This document shows positions 25,529 through 38,454 of a stretch of DNA of 64,000 bases, one piece after another. A model generated the notes under the pieces. The model saw only the letters and a list, made by a program, of their open reading frames with translations, was not told where the DNA came from and searched no databases. Within the stretch, counting starts at the first letter, position 1. Every line of letters begins with the position of its first letter. A program made the position numbers and the translations under genes. This DNA is from Mobula hypostoma (Eukaryota): assembly GCF_963921235.1 (NCBI RefSeq), contig NC_086097.1:157606001-157670000 (forward strand). Reading direction: 5' to 3'.

Positions 25529-26306
25529 CATGTTGAATTCCAGTTAACTGGGTTATCAGTTAATCGCAATAGCCACTTACTTGGGATAATTCTTAAAGAA
25601 CAAAAACTAATTCAAAAAATTGCCAGGATCTCCTTCATTTATTTGGGACACTATGCTGCTTAATTGGGGCAGGAGACTTTTGCTGAGCTGGTTCTAACAG
25701 GCGACAGTGGCAAGCGCTTGTGTGGCTGTTAGACGCTATACCATGCTAAGAGAAAATTGTTTTTAAATAGCATCAGTTACGTGCATTTGTGTTCAAAAAG
25801 CAGTGATATTTTAATCTCTGATACATGGTGATAAATAAGTAGTAAGACAAGTCTGATCTGTTTTGCTCACTGTAGTTTCAAGCATTCAGGCTTGGAGATG
25901 CTAGAAATGCCCACAGGTGAAAATGAAACAATTTCATGAGGAACTATACAAAATTTGAAGGCAACAACACTCATCTTGAAAGTTATACTGAAAATGAGGA
26001 TTTTGGAGAATGCAATAGTTGACAGCATTGTATGAAGACAGTTCATTTTCTGTACTAGGTGTCTGCACTAATTTTGTTCATTGCATATACTAGATGACTT
26101 CCTCAGTCAATAACTATTAGGAACTAATACACATATTTATAGTACTGTAGTGTTCTAATTTGTTCTGTAATTCATTTAAATACATAATTTGTTGCTCTGC
26201 TTGTCTTTTTTAGACCTTTTCAATTATTTCCATGAAACTTTGGCTAATTGGGCAGTCACTTAAATGTGCCAAAATGTACGGGTCCTGATGAGTCCCAATT
26301 CTACTG
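25529..26306. mobile_element. Non-autonomous DNA transposon (Tigger/pogo-like MITE), degraded ends
   Basis: Starts after TA with ca..ttgaattccagttaactggg and ends cccaatt..actg; repeated subterminal taattggg(g)cag motifs; no ORF. Confidence 0.5.
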
Positions 26307-26407
26307 CACACCAATGTTGGTCTTCAACCCTCAACATAAACAGAATTTACTCAACACTTCACTCTGTAAGGCTGCTTTTAAATCAGGGACTGAATTCAAA
26401 AACTTAC

Positions 26408-26451
26408 CTGTCGGACTCATCCCATGCAATGCATGACTGGTTTGTGGTGCC
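26408..26451 (-). CDS. ADGRB1: ADGRB1 coding exon, 44 nt, phase 0-2 (first half of GPS motif; about human exon 17)
   Basis: tttgacag|GGCACC...GACAG|gtaagt. Translates GTTNQSCIAWDESD (BAI1: GTTNQTCILWDETD). Confidence 0.93.
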
Positions 26452-27579
26452 CTGTCAAATAAAATGAACACTTAAAATATAGCTGATTCTACTCAGTACA
26501 AAGTGAAATCTATACAACAATGGGTTTTTTTTTGTAATATAATCCCCTGTCAGTATAGTCCACATGTAACACCATGTTAAGTTGTGTAGAGTTCCATTCT
26601 GGATATAACTGTCCTGCTCTACAGGAATATAAATGGGAGAATGAAGGTACAGGCCATCTAACATGGTCAGATATTCCAACCATGCATGTCAATCAGCAAG
26701 AAACTAAGAAAGCCCCATATTGCCCCTCACTTTACACACTTCTGGGTGGAACTGCGGCCAACAAAACTGATCAATCGGAATATATTAGGAATGAACTACA
26801 GTAAAGTTTACTATGGGTAGATAAACAATCGATGTATTTCCAGCTATGGTATTTCAACAGTTTTTAACAACTGAATAGGTTTCTTCTTTGCTAGAGATGC
26901 CAAATAAAGAGAAACATATTATCATAGACTAGAATCACATGTAAGACATTAGAAAAAGGACATCAGATTTTATTTTCCTTGGAAATATTAGTGCACTAGT
27001 TGAGTTTTCATCAGAGTGCAAGGGCTTCAAATTCACTTCAACTGCTATCAACATTTGATTCTTAATTTATTAGGTTGGGTTTATAAAACTGCAATCTCAT
27101 GTTTCTGGTTTCCTCAATTACTGATCCAGGAACATAACTATACCGTTACTATCCCCATTTAACTTTAAAGAAATTTCCAACATGTTATAATGGTAATAAC
27201 ACTACCGATTCACTCATCTCTGAAGTTGTGGATAGGGAGGGGGAAGAGTGGTTGCTGTTGTGAAACAGAAAAATAATTGAAAAAAATATACTGGATAAAT
27301 GTTTTATAACATTTTAAAAGCGGTCTCCACTAAGAGCTCTTTCATGCATAACATTCAGTCCAAATAGTGAGAAGAATGCTGAATGCAATCTGTTAAACTG
27401 AGGGAGGATCACCCTGGGATATTTACATGATTCAGAATAAATATATTATTGAAAGCAAAACACTTGCACGCTCATCATTTCTAGAAGATTTCACTGTGGT
27501 ATAATAAAGAAAGATGAGCTTGTGAAAACCATTGCCATGTTTACATGCATATTCAACCCTTGCGAAGTAGAAAAATCTT

Positions 27580-27833
27580 TATTTTATTTACTTGGAGACA
27601 CAGTACAGTACAGGTCCTTCGGTCACAATGAGCACATGCCACCCAATTACACACGTGACCAATTAACCCACTAACCCATACATCTTTAGAAGGTGGCAGA
27701 AACTGGAGCACCCGGAAAAGCCCCACACAGTCACAGGGAGAAAGTACACACCTCCTACAGATGGTGGTGGAATTGAATCATGGTTACTGCCATTGTAATA
27801 CTGTTATGCTAACCACTACATTAGCATGCACCC
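27580..27833 (-). mobile_element. V-SINE (HE1-like)
   Basis: gctaatgtagtggttagc..gattcaattcc..ttccgggtgctccagtttc. Confidence 0.8.
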
Positions 27834-28182
27834 CTAATCTAATTCATAATCATTATTAAAATGCAGGGAGCTAAATATTTGTTTTACTACACTGGACATT
27901 ACAGATTCTAGAGTTTCTTAGTTAAGACTAAAATAATTTGTAGCTATTTCTGCACAGAAAATCTTCCAGAAGTGAGCTCCAGTTCATAACAACTAACCAA
28001 GGGCCATTTTTCAATAATTATTTAATTGATGAAATAACAATTTGTCATTGTCACATCAGTTCAATTGGGTTTAACTGTGCATTAAATATGCACTTAAGTG
28101 ACAGAATTGAATAAACCTAATCTGAAGTGTGGTGGATAATATCATTCCATTGCAGAATACATAATTTGAATGCACAACTTAC

Positions 28183-28285
28183 ATTGTATAGATGAGAAAA
28201 TTCAATTTCCAAAGGGCTGGATATAGATTTTGGAGAAGGCTTTACAATAACCGAGATTATCTTTGAATTCAACACTGTGGCATTT
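28183..28285 (-). CDS. ADGRB1: ADGRB1 coding exon, 103 nt, phase 2-0
   Basis: ttttcag|AAATGCC...TACAAT|gtaagt. Translates NATVLNSKIISVIVKPSPKSISSPLEIEFSHLYN. Confidence 0.95.
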
Positions 28286-28659
28286 CTGAAAATGAAATCA
28301 AATGACAGATAATATGTTAGAGATTAAAAAATATATTTTTAAATAAAAGAATAAAATAATTAAGCCTCACTCCATAGCATGTGCTACTGACAGCTCCTTT
28401 GTCAGTTGCTGCATTAAATTAATTGTGCTGGTGTTACTGGTTGCCTATTTTGCACAATTACATGGCTAACTGTAACTTTCATTGTTTGTTACATTAATGT
28501 TGGATAATTTGCTCAATAAACAGAGACTCAGCCATTTCAAAATATTTTGGTGTAAAGCAATAGTCAAAATGCATCGTAACCAAGTTATTTTTAGTCAGTA
28601 AGACTAAATATAGTTACAATTTTAACAGAGATTTCATCACTATTATCTAAAGTGCTGTA

Positions 28660-28930
28660 TACTAGAGGGCATACCAGTTAAGGTGCGAGGGGAGAGGTTT
28701 AAGGGAGATTTACAAGCCAAGTTATTGTTTACATAGAGAATGGTAGGAGCCTGGAACATGTTGGCAGGGGAAGCAGATACAATAGCAACATTAAGGGGTC
28801 ATTTAGACAGGCATATGAACAGGCAACGAAAGGAGGGATACAGGCCATATGGAGACAGTTAGGATTAGTTTGGATTGGCATCATAGTCAGCATAGGCATC
28901 ATGAGCTGAAGGCCCTGTTTCTATGTTTTT
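28660..28930 (+). mobile_element. CR1 3' end
   Basis: actagagggcat (TRGH)..acatagagaatggtaggagcctggaac..gctgaaggccctgtttctatg. Confidence 0.8.
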
Positions 28931-30755
28931 TACATGTCAATTTTCTTGTACAGTGCATCTTTGCATATCAGAGTTACATTTCCTTTGTCTTTTTCTTTGA
29001 GATGGGTGCTTCGACGGGCCATTAAAGGAGATCACAAGCCTTAGACATGAACCCAGTCATATATGTGAGATCCTTGGAAAACCTTTGGTGCAAGTCACCA
29101 AGATCAATCATATTTTTTGTTCATCATCCATAGTCTTATAATTTTCAGTTTGCAAATACCTATATCATAACAATGTATGCAGTAGGCTTCAAAAATGCTC
29201 TGAAGCAGAGATTTTAACAATTAACTAACCCTCCCCCCTCCCCAAGTCTCACTTCATTTTGGGAAAATGTTAAAGTTTTGCATTCTTAATGAGGGATTTT
29301 TTCTGTCATCATGCTTTGGAATGCAAATGACTCCCAGTCAAACCTTCCCAATAATGTTGAATTACCATTTCCAGTTTCTATGGTAACTTTCTGTTTAACA
29401 TCAAGTGGCTTTTTAATTTCACATTTTATAAATCAATTATTAAGCTCATAAATATTTCTGAAAAAACATTGAAACATCTACAGTTACAGCAATATTATGA
29501 TAGGATGAGGATACATTTGCAGCATTATAAAAATGCACACAAAACTGGATCAGTTCACAGAAAGATTTTATTGAGAAATTCTGTTGTTTATAGAAATATG
29601 TGTTTGAGATCCCTCCATTTTAGGGAGAATATAGTGTATACTTCTACTTCTGTATTATGTCCGAACATATCATTGTTTTACCTAATAGCAAAGGTTTCTC
29701 AGTATTTATCTGTCACCAGTTAATTATCTCAACATTTGTCTCAAGGAATAATCCAGGGAAAATGAAGTTGAGAATTATCAGCACACTGTCTGGTACTGAA
29801 AAAAAGATGACATGCTCAAAAACTCTATTTTTCCTCTGCTGTTCTTCGTAACCACAACAGTGTTTTGTTCTTTGTGGATAAATGCAGTCCATTATTACAT
29901 CATCATTTACATTATCAAAAAGGCACCATCGATTGCAGGCAGCAATCCACAATTTAAAAGCAAAGACAACCCCTCTGCAAATCTATGCTTCTGAAATTGA
30001 GTAAACATGACAAACTGCTAGAAGCCATATGCTGCTGTTGCAGGGAATTGTGGGGAATTGTCACAAATGTTAACAATTTCAATGCTGACATGTGGCTGAT
30101 TAACTTCCACCATTCCTATTATTTCTTTTTCATTTGTAAACTACAATCTACAGGTGATATTTTTAAAGTATAAAGACAAGTCATAGAAATTGCTTTCTTT
30201 GACAGATGCCAGGAGTTAAGAAGACGTTACTAACTGCTAAGTTGGGTGGAACAGGTTTTCTGCAAGAGTAATGGTGGATGGCATTTGACACCATTGAACC
30301 ATATGCTATAAATATATCCAACAGGCAATAATTCACTTCTGGAGGAAAGAGACTGAGTGACTGTTGCAATGTGACTGCCCTGTTGGAATGATGGCATTGA
30401 TCCAGGTGAACCTTAACACACTGTTGCCTCAGTTCCACTGAGCAAACATGACCTCTTATCAAACCTTGATGGAAAGGTTAATTTATCAGAAGGGTTACAA
30501 AGAATCCAAACTAAGTATATTGGTTTTGACCATTAATTCAAAGCTTTTATGGCATTGTATTGCTTGGCGATATACTGTTTTACCTGGAATATTTTAGCAA
30601 TGTGAGGAGTCTTAAATATTTCAACTAATGAACTCTGATTTACTTATCAATATCCCCTCTCACTTAATTTGGCACACCATTAATAAGCAATCTGCTTACA
30701 CATTACTGATGTGTGATCAGCAAAATTTAAAGAAAATATCATTATCTTGCATTGG

Positions 30756-32914
30756 AGCAGGAGGAGAGATAGTAGCGCGCCGCGCGTGCGCAGCCCTCCA
30801 GTGAAAATGATATTGTATCCGTTAAATAGGAGCCGTGAACAATTCTGATTTGATGGAGACAGACATGAAAGCACAGAGGAAGATCTGGAGAAATTTCTGA
30901 AACTCCCGTTCGCTGCTGTTGTTACTGCGCGATCGAGAATCCATAGAAACCATAGAACCATAGAAACTACAGCACAGAAACAGGCCCTTTGGCCCTTCTT
31001 GGCTGTGCCGAACCATTTTCTGCCTAGTCCCACTGACCTGCACACGGACCATATCCCTCCATACACCTCCCATCCATGTATCTGTCCAATTTATTCTTAA
31101 ATGTTAAAAAAGAACCCACATTTACCACCTCGTCTGGCAGCTCATTCCATACTCCCACCACTCTCTGTGTGAAGAAGCCCCCCACTAATGTTCCCTTTAA
31201 ACTTTTCCCCCCTCACCCTGAACCCATGTCCTCTGGTTTTTTCTCCCCTTGCCTCAGTGGAAAAAGCCTGCTTGCATTCACTCTATCTATACCCATCATA
31301 ATTTTATATACCTCTATCAAATCTCCCCTCATTCTTCTACGCTCCAGGGAATAAAGTCCTAACCTATTCAACCTTTCTCTGTAACTGAGTTTCTCAAGTC
31401 CCGGCAACATCCTTGTAAACCTTCTCTGCACTCTTTCAACCTTATTTATATCCTTCCTGTAATTTGGTGACCAAAACTGAACACAATACTCCAGATTCGG
31501 CCTCACCAATGCCTTATACAACCTCATCATAACATTCCAGCTCTTATACTCAATACTTTGATTAATAAAGGCCAATGTACCAAAAGCTCTCTTTACGACC
31601 CTATCTACCTGTGATGACACTTTTGGGGAATTTTGTATCTGTACTCCCTGATCCCTCTGTTCCACTGCACTCCTCAGTGCCTTACCATTAACCCTGTATG
31701 TTCTACGTTGGTTTGTCCTTCCAACGTGCAATACCTCACACTTGTCAGTATTAAACTCCATCTGCCATTTTTCAGCCCATTTTTCCAGCTGGTCCAAGTC
31801 CCTCTGCAGGCTCTGAAAACCTTCCTCACTGTCTACTACACCTCCAATCTTTGTATCATCAGCAAACTTGCTGATCCAATTTACCACATTATCATCCAGA
31901 TCATTGATATAGATGACAAATAACAATGGACCCAGCACTGATCCCTGTGGCACACCACTAGTCACAGGCCTCCACTCGGAGAAGCAATTCTCTACCACCA
32001 CTCTCTGGCTTCTTCCATCGAGCCAATGTCTAATCCAATTTACCACCTCTCCATGTATGCCTAGCGACTGAATTTTCCTAACTAACCTCCCATGCGGGAC
32101 CTTGTCAAAGACCTTACTGAAATCCATGTAGACAATATCCACTGCCTTCCCTTCATCCACTTTCCTGGTAACCTCCTCGAAAAACTCCAACAGATTGGTC
32201 AAACATGACCTACCACGCACAAAGCCATGTTGACTCTCCCTAATAAGCCCCTGTCTATCCAAATGCTTGTAGATTCTGTCTCTTAGTACTCCCTCCAATA
32301 ACTTACCTACTACTGACGTTAAACTCACCGGCCTATAATTTCCTGGATTACTTTTCGATCCTTTTTTAAACAACGGAACAACATGAGTCACTCTCCAATC
32401 CTCCGGCACTTCACCCGTAGACAGCAACATTTTAAATATTTCTGCCAGGGCCCCCGCAATTTCAACACTAGAAATCTCCGGAGGGTAGGCCCCAAAATCC
32501 ACGGCTTTGCCTGCTGCTGGCGACCGAGAGTGAGGTTGAATCGTTCAGATAGAGATGGTGCTTGGTACTCAGTGTCGAAGGCTGATCGGAGGTTCAAAGT
32601 TTTCGGATGACTCAGAGTCGGACTGTGGTCGGGCATGGCAGGGAGAGTTTTCTTCCTTCTCTCGTCTGCGTGAGATGTGGGACATTTGAGAGACTTTAAA
32701 CTTTTTACTGTGCTCATGGACTGTTCTTCATCAAGTTATGGTACTGTTGCATTGTTCTAACTATATGTTATAATTATGTGGTTTTGTTAGTTTTTTCAGT
32801 CTTGGTCTGTCCTGTGTTTTGTGATATCACACTGGAGGAAATATTGTATCATTTCTTAATGCATGCATTACTAAATGACAATAAAAGAGGACTGTGTGTC
32901 TTCATAATCTAAAT
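30756..32914 (+). mobile_element. CpG-rich non-autonomous element (~630 bp: 30756-30940 plus ~32471-32914) split by a CR1
   Basis: CpG-dense head; LINE-like 3' end (aatgacaataaa..cataatctaaat); candidate TSD cattgg (30750-30755 / 32915-32920). Confidence 0.6.
30941..32470 (-). mobile_element. Young 5'-truncated CR1 LINE with nearly intact RT domain
   Basis: 429-aa ORF 31213..32502 (NYRPVSLTS, QHGF..GRSCLTNL, SGVPQGSVLGPLLF, KFADDTK); a frameshift at the T-run ~31237-31242; tctatggt-repeat tail at 30941-30967. Confidence 0.97.
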
Positions 32915-33124
32915 CATTGGGACTGCATATTATATGGCCTTTCTTTTAGCTAATGACTTCCGAAGAACAGCAGGAAAAAGTAAATATTTTATAACAATTG
33001 TCAAAATGGCCATATTAAGATTTTCATGATGGCATATTCTGCTGTATGACTTTGTGTCTCTCAATGCCCCTGAAGAATAATGTCATCAAAAGAAAACTCA
33101 CTGGCATTCTTGACTGTGCAGAAC

Positions 33125-33960
33125 AAAGAACCATACAGCACAGGAAAAGTCACTCTAGATCATAATGTCTGTGCTGAATACAATGCTAAATAAAACTATT
33201 TCATTTCTGTCTGCACATGATCCATAATCCTCCATTCTACGTGTCTAACTAAATGACTCTTTAAAACCACGATTACGCCGTGCTTCCACTGGCAGCCCAT
33301 TTCAGGCACCCATCATTTTGTGTTTAAAAAAAACTTATCCACACATCTCCTATAAACTTCCTCCTCCTACCTTATAGAACATAGAACATAGAATAGTACA
33401 GCACAGTACCGGCCCTTTGGCCCACAATGTTGTGCCGACTCTACCTTAAATGCATGTCCTCTCATGTTTGATATATCTACGCTGAGAAAGGAATTCTGTC
33501 TAATCTGTCAAGGCTATTAGATCAGATGCTATAAACTAATCTAACAGGCAATAATGAGGAACCATTTTTGTATCATAATTGCCTAGCTGGATAGATGATA
33601 AATTATGAAATTTCCATCTCATAATTTGAGAAACTTTTATCTCAGCATCAGATACCACAGAGAAAACAACCTTCATTCGTACAATTTCCTCTTATAGCTC
33701 ATATCCTCTGATCCAGATAGCATCCCAAATACCTCTTCTGCACCCTTTCCAAAGCCTCCACATCATTTCTGTACTGTGTTCATCGAATATGAACATAATA
33801 CTCTGGGTGTAGCCCCACCAAAGTTTTATATAGCTGCAACATGACTTCCTTACTCTTGTACTCAATTCCCCTGCCAATGAAAGGAAATATGCCATACATT
33901 TTCTTTACCACCCTAACTACTTATGTGGTACTTTTGTAATTATTGGAAGTATCACACCAA
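33125..33960 (-). mobile_element. Decayed CR1 3' fragments containing a 66-bp younger CR1 tail (33375-33440)
   Basis: CR1 3' UTR pattern; inner insertion flanked by perfect TSD ctacctta (33367-33374 / 33441-33448). Confidence 0.8.
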
Positions 33961-36106
33961 TATAATTGATCTGGAGAAAGTCACCAATTGCCTCTTCATA
34001 TACTCCACTGGAGAAATTAAGTATCACAAAATGCACAGAAGAAGACTATTCAGCCCAGCAACTTCGTACCAGTTCAATGCAGCTAATATTCCAGCTAATC
34101 TCATTTAACCACTCCATCCTGATGCTCCTGAATTTTTTTTTTATTTCAGAGATTTATCCGTCTCCTTTCTGGAAGTTGCAATTGAATATATTTCCTCTAA
34201 ATTTAGCCACAGACTGAAAGAAAAATGTTTAAATTTTCCTATATTTTGTTCTTTTACCTTCAAAATTTGCTTCAATAATTCTTGAGCATCACAACAATAG
34301 AAATACAAGTATAAATCTTTTAAACTAGCTGCCTTATCAATAAAAAATATGCTTATAGCTGAAGAACTAACACAACAGTGATTTTGCTGTACATGTAAAC
34401 CTTTACGAGTCATCGGAAGCTAAAGGTCAATGAAAAATATCTAAAACTAGAAGACTTTCTAAAATGAATTACTTCATATTGAAGAGAAATGCTTTACAGG
34501 CTGAGATTCAAATGCTAAAATTAAATTAAATGTTTCTTCTTGGTTTCTTTTTCAGAGTTGTCATCTTTTCACCATAAAATCCATTTCTTCTAAATTACTT
34601 TCTTTGCTGATGCCTGTTTCTCCATAGTGACAGACATGTAATCGACCAAACATAATCTGCAAGCTTCCCAGTTAAATAACAGTGGTACTGACAGTGAGGT
34701 TTTCTTTGCCATTGTTACCTCTTTGCTGAGTATACCTATTATATATTGGCATTTAACTGACGTTCTTCAAAAGGGTGAGATGAAGGTCATTCCAGGGATA
34801 AATCTCTCCAAGCCATTTGTTATTTTTTAAAAATGTTGTCTCAAGATTCTGGTGAATGATTATATGATATGGAGTTCTGACAAAAAGGACCTCAACTCAG
34901 ATCCTTAGCCTTTACCATATTGCCTCAACTTTGCTGATGCTACATCTGGAGTTAGCATCCTGCAGCAAGGGGGAAAAAAACACCATGCCACCTGCTCAGG
35001 GTCACCATCTAGTGATCCCATCTGGAAAATGCTCATTTATGTCTATCACATAAGGACAGATGTGAAGAATGGGGCTGAAGTATTAAGAATAGTCACTCTG
35101 GCTCAGTCTGTGAGCTCTGTGGCTTTCAAGGCATCTAGTAAAATAAGTTAGCTCAAGGGAAGAGGCAATTTATGTGATGGGAGTTTGGAGCATTATATAT
35201 AACAAATTCTATTCTGATTGGGGATTTTTAGGCCTTGTGTCTTCAGTAAAACCTGGCTACAAGACAAATAGGATCTGCATCAAAACTGGGGCAAATGATT
35301 TAAGACAAAATTGTCAGGTTCTGCAGCTGTTAGTTATTATTGCTAAATTTAAGCGTAATAATATTCAATCACAAAATTATAGACTAGCTTTCACCTTTCA
35401 ATTTCAGTTGATTTTTATCTGAATATATACAAATATGAATAGTATATTTTATACGAATATATGCAGATAGATATATGAAGCATACCAGAGAAATGGTAGA
35501 AAAATTAAATAAGATCCCTTTGCAGGATTTCCATAAAATTTCATAAAGAATCAATCAATATAGGCGACACCACCAATATGGGGGTGCTACCTTCACAATT
35601 TCTCATAATGTGAAGTTGCTTCATCTGCCCATGATTTAAGAAATGCAATGGAATAAAAATGTTGTTGACTCTTTTCATATAATTACTATGAGAACAAATT
35701 ATTTAATGTGTATCAATATTGTCTTTGGTAGTTTACTTTGAACTTTGATTTGTATGCATTCAGCTTTGAATTTTGTAAGGGTGAATTCCTATAATCCAAA
35801 TGCCTGAAAGTGGTATCACCTGTAATATTGACATCTGCAGTCTGAGAATATTCCCTGAAAGTAAATGTCATGCAAACTTGTTTACAAAGATTTCCTGATA
35901 GAATTGAATGTATGAATTATTAATCATAACTAAAGAACAGATATAGGATCATCAATAGTTAAAGACTTAGTGTTACTGTACTGTGTACCTAAACTCTTGT
36001 TTTCTAAGCTACCCCATTAGTATGCTTTAATTGCCTTAAGCTTTACTTTAGAAGCTACTAATTTAACCCAATTAAGTAAAACTAAATTATCGATAGGATC
36101 ATTTAC

Positions 36107-36182
36107 CTTTGAAGATCCAGGAATGCCCCCAGGTTTCTATAGAGGATAGTTCCTATGACGAAGACTGAAGAATCATCTGGCT
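36107..36182 (-). CDS. ADGRB1: ADGRB1 coding exon, 76 nt, phase 1-2
   Basis: tttacag|AGCCAG...CTTCAAAG|gtaaat. Translates [26 protein letters not shown] (GAIN LYRNLG motif). Confidence 0.94.
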
Positions 36183-37249
36183 CTGTAAATAAAAGTACAG
36201 ATTATTAGTCATGTAGTTGGCAAACTCTCAACAAAAGCTTATGGAACAATATTTAAGTATATCCTTGAAAATAGAGATGAATTAACTGAACCATAATTCA
36301 TTTTATGTTTAAATTGTTAAGTCAACATATTAATATTGTTACTACTTTGCCTCATCTTCTCTACCTCAATGAACATATTCCATTCCTGATTAACCCTAAC
36401 CTCTCTGGCAATTGTTAGCTTAGTCTTTCCTTTAAATTAAGATTTTAAGTAGTATTATGAAGTTCCCCGGTCTGCAGCTGTCCAGTTTAAGCTAAATGTA
36501 CAAATGATTGCAAAATAGATGCTGTGAATTAGGAGAAATATGATCAGCTATTTCTTTGTCCGTGCTCCATGAACTAGGTGACAAGGATTACTTTGCATGT
36601 TTTGTGCATTATTTGAAATACATTCAACAAAGTATTAGGAATACTGATTTCACCAAAGTATCTAATTTCACACACTTTTGGATCTTGAAATAAAGAAATA
36701 ATTGTTTTTAAACATTACCTTTCACAATCTCAGCATGTCCCTCAGTAACTTAGAGAAACAATAAGGGCCAAGAAATTCACTCCTGCTTTGGTAGTCCTAT
36801 AAACAACACACTGTTGCACTGGGGAGTTGCAGTCTGCTTGCAAATTCAATCTTTTTTGTAATGGATTTCGGAGGCAGATTGCAACATACTGTTCTACTTC
36901 AGAGCATGTTCAGTACCAGTGGCAGGGAATATTTTTTGAGGCATTCAATATATGTTAAGAACTTGTCTTCAGACTATGAAACACATTAGATAATCCTTTC
37001 TTTTGTTCAAGCTCCAGAATTGTATGAACTGAGAGATTCTCTGATGGTAACCCTGACTGAACTACCAGGATATGATGTGCAAATAAGGACAAGTGATTTA
37101 TGTTGATCAATTCATGCTGGAAGGCTTAATATTTCCATGCCACTCAGTTATAACAGCTGTTTCTGGAATGGTTCCATGGTATTGTTTCCACCCAGAAATC
37201 AATTCAACACATTGATCACTACTATGATAAAAAATCATGTGATGGTAAT

Positions 37250-37410
37250 CTGGGTGGTAGTTAGTGTTCTGCCTTATAGCTCAAGTATCCAGGCTTGATG
37301 CTGAACTAATGTGCCATCCCTGTGCAATATGCCATAACCATGTGCTCTTCTGCTAAGTGCTCTCAGTTTCCTCTTCCGTCCAAGGAAGTGCCATCAGGTA
37401 AGTTATCCTT
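37250..37410 (+). mobile_element. Decayed V-SINE
   Basis: ggtggtagttagtgttctgccttatagctc..tgctctcagtttcctc. Confidence 0.6.
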
Positions 37411-37684
37411 TAATGTTGATAAGTGGCAAAGACAATCAAATGGAATAAAATATAGAATAAATTGCAGAACTACCGTGAAACGAGTACAGAGGGAATGGGA
37501 CTGATGAAATTGTTCTGCAGCGAGTTGTCAGAAAACTAATAGTAGAAATAGCCTCCACTTGTGTCAAAGTAACAACGTATACACTTAACAGGTTTGAACC
37601 GGATTTGTATTTTCTATCATTTGCTTTGGTTTCTGCAAAGATCCTTCCTTGCTATATCTTTCCAAACTAAATAGCCTTAGGACT

Positions 37685-38085
37685 TCATAACACCAGGTTC
37701 ACGAACAGATATTACCCCTCAACCATCAGGCTTTTGAACCAAAAGGGATAACTTCACTCAACTTCACTTGCCGCATCACTGAAATGTTCCCACAACATAT
37801 GGACTCACTTTCAAGGACCTTTCATCTCATGTTCTTGATATTTATTTCTTGCTTATTTATCATTGTTATTTCTTTCTTTTTGTATTTGCACAGTTTGTTT
37901 TTTGCACATTGGTTGAACACCCAAATTGGTTCAGTTTTTCATTGATTCTATTATGGTTGTTATTTAGTTATGGATTTATTGAATGTGCCCACAAGAAAAT
38001 GAATCGCAGGGTTGTATATGGTGACATATATGGTGACATATATGTCTTTTGAAAATAACTTTAGTTTGAACTTTGAAGTTTGAAG
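37685..38085 (+). mobile_element. Rex1-type 3' end
   Basis: caccaggttcacgaacag..cccctcaaccatcagg; tttgaac-repeat tail. Confidence 0.75.
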
Positions 38086-38454
38086 TATGTGCAGTGGAAA
38101 ATACTTTCTGCATCCTCTCCAAGATTTCAACTTTTTGAATCACTACTTATGATGTTATCTGATGGGAATAATTTACAATACTAGCATGAGATCCTCTAAT
38201 TCGTACTACAATTACAGCCTATTATTTTCTTGGTGTTTTCGCTCTTTAAGTGTTTATTGTCAGTGGCTTAAATTACTATTCAATGGAGAAAGTGAAATTC
38301 CATAACAAAGAATTAGCGGGAATGGAAGGGCAGACTGTCCTTTTTATACCAAGAATTCAACCTAATCTATAATGATAGGATGAAAGTCCATACATTGTAA
38401 AATTGGTAAACAATCTGTAAAATATATGTAATCAGGAAATGTTGTTTCTATGTC

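Larger units (their letters stand above)
1..26407 (-). other. ADGRB1: Part of the large ADGRB1 intron after the 44-nt GPS exon ('intron 17')
   Basis: Manual scan found no exon for the W..GC...C.C..LSTFAIL second half of the GPS or for TM1. This intron is long in ADGRB genes (recalled). Confidence 0.75.

Noticed and set aside
26283..26300. ctgatgagtcccaa resembling a hammerhead 5' core
   Set aside because: No stem II closure or GAAA; it is part of the MITE end.
26400..26410. Immediate TAA on intron read-through after the 44-nt exon (secreted ectodomain idea)
   Set aside because: Any phase-2 GTAAGT donor produces this stop; no independent evidence.
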